A DNA stretch of 33,215 nt from Bugula neritina (lineage: Eukaryota > Animalia > Bryozoa): assembly GCA_964035545.1 (NCBI GenBank), contig CAXIUT010000030.1, positions 1 through 33,215 on the forward strand, written 5' to 3'. This document shows positions 23,452 through 33,215 of the stretch, one piece after another. Below the pieces are notes generated by a model, which was given only the letters and a program-made list of their open reading frames with translations, made no database searches and was not told where the DNA came from. The translations under genes and the position numbers were made by a program. The number at the start of each line of letters is the position of its first letter. Positions within the stretch are counted from its first letter, which is position 1.

Positions 23452-24949
23452 ATGTAGCCTAATCGTCCAGAAGTACCATTTTTACAATGCTACATCTGTT
23501 TTCAAGCAGTGAAGAAACCCAAGATGTGTCCTTCTTGCAGTAAGTTGGCTTGTCAGAACTGTCTGAGGACCTGGATCGAAGAAAGCAAGCCTTAATGTCC
23601 ACACTGTAGGAAACCTCTTTTGCTGGGAAGCTTTGCAGATTGTTAAAGATTTGTAAATGATATCAAACATCTCCTTAATTCGATGGATAGCAACTAAAAA
23701 ATGAAGTAGAAATGTTCTTAGCATGGAATAGAGATGAATTATTTTTGCGAGGATTGTTCATAGGCAATTTGTTCTGATTGTGGGATGTTCGGAAAGGTAC
23801 AAAATGAGTTATTTAGCACCGAGGACATTCTATTATTCATTTGGCTAAGGTGTACCAATAAAATAAAAACCGTATTTTGAATGAACTGGCCAAGTTTGAT
23901 AACAAAATAGAAATGTTCAGAAAAAATGGATTTACAATCAAACAAGAACTTCAAAACTGCATGTTCAACTCAGTCAAAAGAAAAACTATATCTAGTAATA
24001 CTTTGTTAGTTTAATTTAAAGACTTGAGGAGTAATACAAAGATAGGAAAGATAAAATAGAAAGCAGGTATGACTAAAATTTACAATAAATATAGTTTTTA
24101 TAAAATTTTAGAGATAATATCTGCCAAGAACTAGAATGCCGTTCTGAAAAATAACTTATCACTAAGAGTGATGAATTTATCAATTATATTAGAAAACTTT
24201 GTGATCGATAAAGTGATTTCTAAGAAGAATAAACTACCTTAGATACTATGTACTTTTTAAATTTATACAGACACTAGTTGGTTCCTAAGTTCCATCGGTT
24301 TGAATACTCTTTGTCTGGTTATAGTCAGCTTTCCGAAGCTATAGTTTACAGTGACCCTGAGGAGGTGAATGGAATCGAGTGGAGGTTGAAAATTTATCCT
24401 AGAGGCAATGGAGTAGCTAAGAATTCTCACCTTTCTGTGTTTTTAGAGTTATCAAAGGGTTATGAGAACCATAACAAGTATGACTACAAGATAGAGTTGG
24501 TAAACTGTTTGTCAAGTAAGGAATCAGTCGTGAGGGAATATAGTTCAACATTTGATATTGGTGAATGCTGGGGGTATAATCAATTTATTGTGATTGGTTA
24601 ATTAGGAAATGGATTTCTCTTCGATGATTCTCTTCGTTTCAATATAAGTATTCGTAATCCTTCATACCGTTCTTTAGTAAGAGACCAGCAAAAGTATATT
24701 TAGAACTTACTGACTCGTTTCAGGTAAGGCTAAAACCCTCAGGTGCACTCAAGAAGTGAACGGATGAATGAATTAGTCCAATAATTCGGAGACTCATCTT
24801 TAGATGTGAGAAATTTGCTGGACCGGGGAAAGAGAGAAGAATAGGAGGAAAAAGGGTCTTAACAAGAGTAGAAGAAGGTCTAGGAGTTGTTGGCAGTTGA
24901 AATAGGAGAAGTATCTTCCCTATCTGTTCTGAATAGACAATAAAAATGA
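23452..24949 (+). CDS. TRIM37: TRIM37-like E3 ligase (RING, B-box, coiled coil, MATH)
   Basis: CYIC...MCPSCSKLACQNCLRTW...CPHCR; CSEH...FCEDCSEAICSDC; ELVP...WRLKIYPRGNG...LSVFLEL...GECWGYNQF; 20-nt intron 23797-23816, possible 21-nt intron 24250-24270, frame change near 23955. Confidence 0.88.
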
Positions 24950-24990
24950 TGCATATCAATCATTATTAAGATATCATAAGTATTATGTGA

Positions 24991-25225
24991 TCATTTTTTT
25001 TGAGATAACAAATAATAGCTAAAGAATTATACAGGGTTTTTAGGACGATGAATGGCAGTTGCTTTCATGGCTGGTTCAAGGAAAGGTAATACATTTTTTT
25101 TATAGATATTCATTGGTTGGTAAACAGTGGTCAGGTAGTTTTCGAGGTGGCTGTTTGGCTAATTCTTCAATCTTTTTGACTGTTTCTTCGTCAGGACGTT
25201 GGTATTCAGGGTCAATATCGCTCAT
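24991..25225 (-). CDS. Dpy-30 motif protein
   Basis: LPTNEYLE(KN)VLPFLEPAMKATAIHRPKNPVEFFSYYLL; needs removal of one base in the T8 run 25094-25101. Confidence 0.8.
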
Positions 25226-25285
25226 CAGTTATATTATTTAATATTTATAATTACAATGATAAATAGATAGATAGTAATTACAATT

Positions 25286-28200
25286 TCAGTGGAAATCATT
25301 CGAAATCTTTTTGAAAACAAGTACAACTGCACAAGCTTTTAATACTATACTTTTTTTGACTATTTTCATATTTTATCCTTGATACTAAAGCCACTTACTC
25401 TTTTCTCTGAGGTAAGTAACATATTAATGATTATTTCTATCTCCTAAACTAATCATTCCTACCAACTGATACTTCTCAGATCCAAACTGAAGTTCCTAAG
25501 TATCAAAATCAATGAGTTGCTTGCTCAGGCAATCACTATTTAGTCTATCAAGTACAATCTAACTTTAGATAGATAGTTACTATTAGTTTTTATGGTAGAA
25601 GAGTTGGACTTTATTCTATCCGCAATCTTCCTTATTCATAACAGTTATTACATAGTTAATCAGTTGTATCTTAATATTAGTAGTAGTTATTGATCATTTT
25701 TTGAAGAGTTTATTGATTCTTATTTTAAAATTGAGATTTAAAACAAGACGGATGATTGTTAATTTGAGGTTATGTGAAAGTTTGAGGTGATTCCCAATCG
25801 ACACAGATACGTAGTTGGTAAGGACGTATCTTCCAGAATATAGGCTTTTATGGATCTAATTCATGCTAACAACCTTAACAGATAAACTATGATTATGTCT
25901 ACAGTTTTATAGTTTTTTGTATTTTATAACAAAGAGTACAACGACCTTATTGATCAGTAAATTTTATATTATATGGTTTATACTTAGCTAGATATTATTT
26001 AAACTTTTTTATTTTTTATTTTTTTAGTAATTTGCTATCTCCCTCATCAACTCTAAATCTTCCATCGCTTTCAATCAAATCTCTTACCTGCTGGTAAATA
26101 ATCAACTCTATCTCTCTCCATCTCATCCAACTAGCCACAACTATAACAAACGGATAAAGACACAGTTCCATCTAATTAGCCACCTCATTGTACACTCTTT
26201 GAATGCATCTCAAATGATAATGTTCTGCATATTTGAAAGAATGGGTAGGGAAGGGAGCTATTGGATGAGTTTATGGATCTATCTTTAGTTGCACCTTTTG
26301 ACCTGTAGATTTACGATATTATAAATTCAATAGAATACGATGGGTATAACTTTATATTTCAGTTTTCACTATTGTCCCAAAATACCATTTTTTTGTCTAT
26401 GAATTTTATACAGATGATTTCATCTGAATTAATATTAAATATACCTTTTTCTCTTTTTTTTATGATTGACTTTAAGGATCTTAAAAATCTATGAATTGTC
26501 CTTATTTAAGAGCTCTTGATTTAAGTTGCGTTTCAGAAGTGTAATGATCTGAAATAAATCCATCTAATTTGATACATAATTCAAATGCATAAATAACATC
26601 TTCTTATCTGAGCAGTAGTTCTTCTAGTGTAGCTGAAGGTAATGCATTGAGATAGGTTTTTATAATATTATGTCCATGTAGTTATACAAGTGCATAAAAT
26701 GTTCCTTTTAGTCCACTTGTCTTCTAGAAGGCCTCTTTGTATTCTTCCTGAGTTAGAAACTAGTACAAATGTGGAATTAGAAGGAATTGAAAAACCATAG
26801 CGAGTGTATTCGACTATGTTGAGGTTGTATGCGAAAGGGACAAAGACTATTTAGAAATAGCTAGTTTCCTATTTTTAGAGAGGTATGACTAAATGGTTGG
26901 TTGATATTGATTCTGAGGTGATTTGTGAACAAGTTAGACAAGTAGTTTTTCTTTACGTGTCGATATTATACTCAGCCATGGGATTGAAAGGACTGCTTTT
27001 ACTTAACTCTGTTATATTTATCATCATTTTATGAAAAAGTTGATCTATAAACTAAGTCATAAGTAAGCTACCTCAGTGGTCATTTCAAGTGTGAAAGGAA
27101 AAAAATCACGAAAATGTATTCTTACGAAATCAGCAATTATCCCCTCATCGACTTATATTCCTCCTGTCAACATGTTATATATATCTGATAAATGCTCAAT
27201 AAATTTGTTCTGCTTTTCTCTGTTTTTTATATCTCTGAAAAATGCAGTCAAAGTCTCATTGCTCATTATTAGTAATAGTATTCCATTGATGAATCCTAGG
27301 CCTATTCCATTGCTGATGGGAGACAGTCGTTCTTAGTCCCCTTTTTTCTTTATAAAGTTTAATTTTGAGTTGGGAAGGAAAGCATGTTGGGAGAAGAGAG
27401 AATGATCGAGACAGAGATCAAAGATGTATGAAGTTGATTTGAAGTGAATGATCATTTTTTATTTAGTTTTTCCTATTAAGATAGCTGGTTTAGTTGGTGA
27501 AAACTTTTACTCCAAATAATGAAATTAGTTACCTATGTGAATATCATTGATATTTTAAGGATTTTTACAATTAATTTAACAAAATTATTCATAGTGAATA
27601 GTATCAATGATCGATAGGAAAACTAGCTGTTCTGAAGTGAGATCACCGACTCTAATTTATATATTTTTAAGATGCTACCATTTATTCATAGTAGTGGTTT
27701 TGAAGAAATATTAAGGGCTGGTTATTCTTTTTGATTATTACGAGTTAAAGACTTTGGAAAGGAGTTGAGAGATCAGCAATTGACATGAAAATTAATATAT
27801 ATTCTATTATTAATGGTTGATTATACCATTTTATATTTTTGTATATATTTTGAACATTTTAGGATAAATCTAAAGAAATTCTTACCCCGATCTTCTAAAC
27901 TTACGGATACGCCCCATAGATTAATTTAAGTCTTCTCCAAACTTACTCTGATACGACTACATAGTCAACATTTTCTAATAATCCTACTTTTAGTATTTAG
28001 CTGTATTATCCTTCAAGCATGTTATTACAGATTTGTCCTGGTCTATCTCCAATGTTATTGTTGATTAAATTATAATGAGTGTAGGGGTTGATTATATGTT
28101 AAGGAAGATGTAGTTGTTTTAGTTTTTGAAATTCATGAATTCTTTTGTTTGTCTTACTTATTCCTGAATTTATACTTTTACCACTTTTTAAAGATTTTAA

Positions 28201-29085
28201 TGTTTTTCTCGTCTTTAATGTCTTTGCTGTCTTAAAAGATTTTGCTGTCTTGAAAGACTTCGCTGTCTTAAACGATTTTGCTGTGTTAAATGTTTTTATT
28301 GTCTGATTGTAAGTCAAATAGTTCGTTAGCTGACTGTTTTACTTTAAGGGAGTATTAGCGATGAATATGCATGGTCCAAGCTTGAAACCAACGAGAATTT
28401 ATCATATATCCTATTGCTTTTCCTTTTTCTTCATTTAAAATATTATTTAGTTATAAGAAATTTTATGCCAAATCTCTTTCCAACTCTTCTTATGCAAAAA
28501 CACTAAATAATCTTCTCATTTTTTAATAATCTAGCAATTTCACAGATTTTTAAATCCATTCATTAAGTGAAATTATAGATTTTTATTAAATATTTCCCTG
28601 CCACTCTACGATTTATTCTTCTGCTTAATCATCTAGCACAAGCCATTGATTTTATAAAAACAATTCTTTTAGTTTTGAATGATTGATGGTTAGGGTGAGC
28701 TAGGTGTCATAGAGGGCGAAAAGAAGAGCTGCTAGATTTTAAGAAGGTCCAAAATAGCAAAGACTCATAGCTTATAAAAAATCACTCCAGGTGATATAGG
28801 GTTCTGATGTATGTTTGAATAATTCAAAAAAACGTTTTTTCTTATTCTAGCCTAAAATTAAAGTACATTGTTGTAATGAGCTGATCGATTGTTGAATTCA
28901 GGAAATAATTTGATAAATTATTAGAATCCTAAAAGCTTTTTTTATCTATGTTGAGAACAATTGGCCTAGAATAACTTCTTTAATTTGAACAAACGAATTG
29001 GCTACCAGTGCTCCTTAAGGGAAGGGAATGAAAGGTGGGAAGAGTAAAGTTCAGAAGCTGTGGATTTTAGACAGCTAAGACCCAT
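25286..29085 (-). CDS. USP32-like protein (N-myristoyl Gly, EF-hand-like, DUSP, USP domain) with degenerate catalytic boxes
   Basis: MGLSCLKS; ITWSDFLEAMSLCYFGP...LFALYD; YMINSRWFQAW...RPGQICN...LLENVDYVVVSEEVW; LLPEKLIIVLDR; KYQLVGMI...YVTYL...W; introns 28847-28866, 27052-27071, 26748-26766, 25559-25580; two 1-nt frame changes. Confidence 0.75.
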
Positions 29086-29157
29086 TTAATTAGTTTATAA
29101 TTGTCTTTGAATATATAGTTAAAAAATTAATCTTTATTAAAAGCAGAAGTAATTTAA

Positions 29158-29809
29158 TCAAGAATTATAGACCATAACTGACGACAATGTTGATGATAGT
29201 AATCCCCCTATACTAACCACTGACTCATCGAAACTTGGATAAATTCCTGAATCTTTCAAAACTGGTAGCATATCGAAGCTATCTCTTACAATTTTTTGCA
29301 ATAAAGCATGTTTTCTCTCTTATTGAACTGATTCCTTATTCATTTGATAAAAATTAGAAGCCAGACTAATGCAGATGCCAATACATCTGATTTTTAGTGA
29401 AAGAGCATGAAAATATTTCCAATTCAATTGAAATATTTTAACTTTAGCAGCTACACTAATATTATCAAGTATCCAATAAAAAAAATAACATATTCTGTAT
29501 GCTATCTGTAGTACAGTACCTATATCTTCATCACCAAAAAATATCAACTGCTTGATAGCTTGGAACTAGTCTACACTTTTGAATATTCTAAATAGTTTTC
29601 TTGCTTCTCGAATCGCTTCTGCTTTAATTTTATGATACCGAAAAGGGTACGGTAGATAAGAGTTCGATATTCACTGTGTGGTCGATAGTAGGCTGCTAGA
29701 AATCTGCATAGATATTGCAAAACTTTACACAGTTTGTCTCTACCTTCTGAATATATATATATTTACCTGTTTTTCTAAGCCAAAGAACTAAGGATTGGAT
29801 TGTCACCAT
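29158..29809 (-). CDS. PEX11: Peroxisomal biogenesis factor 11
   Basis: TEGRDKLCKVLQY, ARKLFRIFKS, YWILDNI; 20-nt introns 29747-29766 and 29619-29638. Confidence 0.9.
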
Positions 29810-29868
29810 TATTACTCTTGATATTGTATTATTATGTCATACTATGTTATAAAATGATAAGTATCAAG

Positions 29869-30523
29869 TCATTAATATCCACCCATATCTCCTATCTATT
29901 TCTACATTTGGCTGATTGATTCTTATATCTGTGCATTAGCTTCTCTAATCTTTTCAAGTTACCTTTCGTAACTTTATTTTTCCTCTTTGAGGGAGTTGTT
30001 TTATTGCTGTAATTCTTTGATATTTCTTTATTGACTATGTATCTCTTTGGAAAGACCTTGGTTCTACCCTTATGAAGTTTTAAGAGTCTAAAGTTCTTTC
30101 ATTTTTGTATTTCTACGATACACCATATAAGCACAAAGAGTTTAGTATGTATCGATTATTTCATTTTTCTTTTTCTATTCATGAGGATTGGTCCATTTCA
30201 TAATACACAAGTCACAAGATCTTTACTTGTTGATCAAAGATCGAGAACAATCATTGCAGACAGCATTAGCGCAGACTCGACAATGATGTTGTCTGAAAAA
30301 GTTACTAAAATTTTTAAGACAAATAATGCAGTAAGGTTGCTTTTTGTAAAGATCTTTCTTTTTAAGAGTTATTTCTTGGTTAGGAAAAAGTACAAGGAAT
30401 TGAAAGTGTTATTGTACCAGCACGACCACCAATCATAAACGATTTGGACTGTGGGTCTTCGGAAGTGATGGAAGAGTTTTATTGAGATTCTATATCTTAG
30501 TTTTCCTTGTGTCTACGAAGCAT
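29869..30523 (-). CDS. FYVE zinc-finger and coiled-coil protein
   Basis: CIICLKNFSNFFRQHHCRVCANAVCNDCS...RSCDLC; 19-nt intron 30375-30393. Confidence 0.85.
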
Positions 30524-30612
30524 GTGCTGTTCTTTTAATATCAAATTATCATTTTATTCTGATATTTCTGATAATCAACTATTACTATCTTTGAATATTA
30601 TCAAAATATGGA

Positions 30613-31095
30613 TCATCTATTTCCTTTCTTCCTCATTGTAACCTTCATGACCCAAATAGCAGCAAAAAACTCAATTCCTGCCAATCCTAAACCTGTAGAA
30701 TTAATTATCACTTCAATCATAACCACATAAGTCTGCAGTCTTAGTTGAAAGGCATAAGTCAAAATAACAAAGAAAGTAGCCACTATGTAGAAACCTAGCA
30801 TTTTTGCCTATTTTTCAGAAACTCCTCGATCTGCCAAGTTGTACCTAATCAATTGAGTAAAAATGAACATGACTAAAGTAGTGCTTTGGCTAACTAAGGC
30901 ATAATTAGGAAGAGGGTAGACTGTATCTTTGTAGGCAAGTAGGGCAATAGTGATGACCATGTAGAGGATCAGGAAGAGTCGATCGTAGTGGTTAAGTGCA
31001 AGGAAGGGGATGGACATGACGGTTGAGGGAGAAAGGTTTTTTTTGAATTATTTTTGTTAGTTATCTTCGGGTACTATCTCTTAATGCTAGCTCAT
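30613..31095 (-). CDS. TMEM17/TMEM216 family ciliary transition-zone membrane protein
   Basis: Four hydrophobic helices; YKDTVYPLP, LIRYNLADRG, LQTYVVMIEVIIN; joins two supplied ORFs across a TAG. Confidence 0.8.
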
Positions 31096-31152
31096 GTTTG
31101 AATTTAGTTATAATATGACATTTAAAATCTATTCATTTGTATAATAGCGATC

Positions 31153-32169
31153 ATGGGTAATAATCCAGCTACTAGGGAAAAACTTTCATCATCGAACCAA
31201 CTTTTGGTTGGTTTCTAAAATGTACTTAGATAGTTACAAGAAACCATTAACTCTTTGTTATGCGAATTCCATTCTTCAAGTGTTATTCCATCATCCAGTA
31301 TTCTGTGATATTCTTGATACTGCCGAGTAACTTAAATATCGACCTAGATCTCCTTCAGGAATTATAGGGCACCTCAAAGAACTCCTAGATTCAATGCGCA
31401 AAAGAAAGAAGTTGTAGTCTGTTTCTACAAATAAAATCATGAAATTCGTCTAAAACTAATCAGCTATCTTTTAGAGGTAAAGACACCAAGATTGCCATTA
31501 GTTTTATATTTGGCTGATGAATAGTATCAATGATCAACTTAAAGGCAAATAAAAGAAAGCTACTGCTTTAGAGGGAGAGTTCTTTTCAAAAAGAGCTACG
31601 AGAACAGAATGTTGTTAATGTAAAAATGGTATGTAGAGGGTTATGTAGTTTCTGAAAGGGAAGAGGAATAAGTAGATTTATCATTTATTTTGCCTGAACC
31701 CAATGTATCAATAAATTATTGTTTTACAAATTATAGCAAAGCATAGAGGTTAACCGGCCGTGATAAATTTAAATGTGATAAATGCTAAAGTCTGGTAGAT
31801 GCTGCCAAATGTACTTTAATAAAGACTCTTCCTAACTTCCTTTCAATTCATTTGAGACGATTCAAATATGACTAAAACAAAAAAGGTATAACAAAACTAA
31901 ACTGGCAAATTCCTTTTCCTTTCAAGTTGAAAATAAAAACCAACTATTCTGAAGACGTCAAAGAGGGAATATACAAGTTAGTTGGAGTAGTAGTGCATCT
32001 AGGAACAGGTTAAAACTATGGTCATTACATCAGTTATATCAAAATAGGACAGAAGTGGTTTGTTTTCAATGACGATTAGATCTCTTAAACTGAAGACTAC
32101 CTTTTGGAGTCCCTGTGGGGGTATAAGGGATTGTCAAAATGTGCTTATATGTTGTTTTATTCGATATGA
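31153..32169 (+). CDS. Ubiquitin-specific protease, USP12/46-like (intact Cys and His boxes)
   Basis: GFEN..LCYANSILQVLF, HQDCHEF, LSIHLRRFKY, VVVHLGTGENYGHYIS, WFVFNDD, AYMLFY; introns 31222-31240 (19 nt) and 31629-31648 (20 nt). Confidence 0.9.
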
Positions 32170-32195
32170 TTGGTTGAATATGAAGATTGTATATA

Positions 32196-33033
32196 TCACA
32201 GCTATATATTTTAGATATTAGTTCCCATAGCTAAGACGAAGAGAACTGTTAGGAGTAGTGTTAGTAAAAAAGGCCAAGGAAGAGATAGACTTCTCGATGT
32301 TCCTTGGATATGATAGGAACAATTAGATGTTCCGCTTATAAGATAGTTTTTTTTACTTATAATACAGGTATTTACTCCTGCATGCAGATTATTCTATCTT
32401 CCAAGGTTACTCATTGAACCAACGTCCATCATTAGGGTTTATCCGTTTCCACTGGCAATGCCGATAGTCTTTGTGCTGGGGGAGTAGGTGGTTTGTGAGA
32501 CCTGGTCTGATGAAACTTCTATGGTTTTTATTTTAGATTTTTGTTATTTGCTGAGATAGGTACTTGATCTGGATTCGAAATGAACTATTACAAGTTATTC
32601 ACTTCCTTTCTAGATAAAGCTTTATGATATTATGGTTACTATGCTGATCTGAAAAGTGTTTTTTCAGGTCTCAGTTGATCTTGATATAAAGTCCTAATAA
32701 CTTGTTTCTTTTCAAGCGAACAGACAGCAATGAAAAAGTTATCGGTTGATACATATAATCCTGCCTGATTGCTATCAACACTTTTGATTTGATGACCATG
32801 CACTGCATACTAATGTAGAAGTTGTCCTCTATCGTGTCCTAGCTGATAGAAACGCACTATTTGATCTTAACATCCTGCCATGACTACAAATCCATTGAGA
32901 CAGAGAGAATTCTATTTAAGCAAAACGCTACCACGTTTCGATGTTTGAAGCTGAAGTCTGCTTGGAAGACAAACTTTTATTTGATATTAGCTCCATTTTC
33001 TATCACATCATATACTGTTATGAATTCATTCAT
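32196..33033 (-). CDS. WD40-like protein with C-terminal TM anchor (SEC12/PREB-like)
   Basis: VMAGCEDQIVRFY, LFRSAYF, IGIASGNGE, LHAGVNT, LPWPFLLTLLLTVLFVLAMG; 20-nt introns 32912-32931 and 32620-32639. Confidence 0.6.
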
Positions 33034-33144
33034 GTTGCAGATAAGGATAATATTTATAATTTTATAAAAAATAAGATAAAGATATATTAATATTTTTATG
33101 ATTGATGCCTCGAAAGTATATTGATATATCAAATATCTATCAGT

Positions 33145-33215
33145 TTGGGGTTGGGGTTGGGGTTGGGGTTGGGGTTGGGGTTGGGGTTGGGGTTGGGGTT
33201 GGGGTTGGGGTTGGG
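33145..33215 (+). repeat. Right telomere (TTGGGG)n
   Basis: Perfect array running to the last base. Confidence 0.97.

Noticed and set aside
16055-24101. Shared AGTTTTTA slippery site as a programmed -1 frameshift in two genes
   Set aside because: In the TRIM37-like gene the protein-like downstream frame already starts near 23955, well upstream of that motif.
25256-25693. Plus-strand open frame under TAR=Glu
   Set aside because: It is antisense to the USP32-like C-terminus, which has recognisable motifs; spurious frames are common with only one stop codon.
186-33033. Standard ciliate code (TAR=Gln), split TAA/TAG meaning, or mass pseudogenisation
   Set aside because: Both codons sit at conserved Glu positions in several unrelated proteins whose motifs are otherwise intact.
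1620-33067. Many short supplied ORFs (e.g. 1620-1829, 5193-5426, 15173-15469, 23482-23724, 27076-27336, 30181-30438)
   Set aside because: They are antisense or off-frame shadows created by treating TAA/TAG as stops.

Overview
This window is an apparently complete 33.2-kb ciliate macronuclear chromosome, capped by (CCCCAA)n on the left and (TTGGGG)n on the right. The supplied ORF track is misleading: TAA and TAG both read as Glu at conserved Glu positions and only TGA stops, which is the peritrich nuclear code (NCBI table 30). Re-translated by hand, the window holds about 25 tightly packed genes. They include NAXD, a CDK5RAP1/MiaB enzyme, a RAP-domain protein, RSPH4/6, mitochondrial bL19, TRIM37-like, Dpy-30 motif, USP32-like, PEX11, FYVE, TMEM216-like, USP12/46-like, SEC12/PREB-like and a cysteine-rich surface protein. 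Introns are GT-AG and almost all exactly 20 nt. The most striking feature is three interstitial telomere-repeat arrays (14553-14633, 17446-17532, 20513-20595), all G-rich on the + strand. Two are clean 78-nt in-frame insertions at protein termini, encoding (Pro-Asn)13 directly before a stop codon and (Leu-Gly)13 in a putative mitochondrial presequence. Also seen: three likely pseudoenzymes, a shared 9-mer beside both telomeres, and five apparent 1-nt frameshifts that are probably sequencing errors. All gene models are manual and were not checked by database search.
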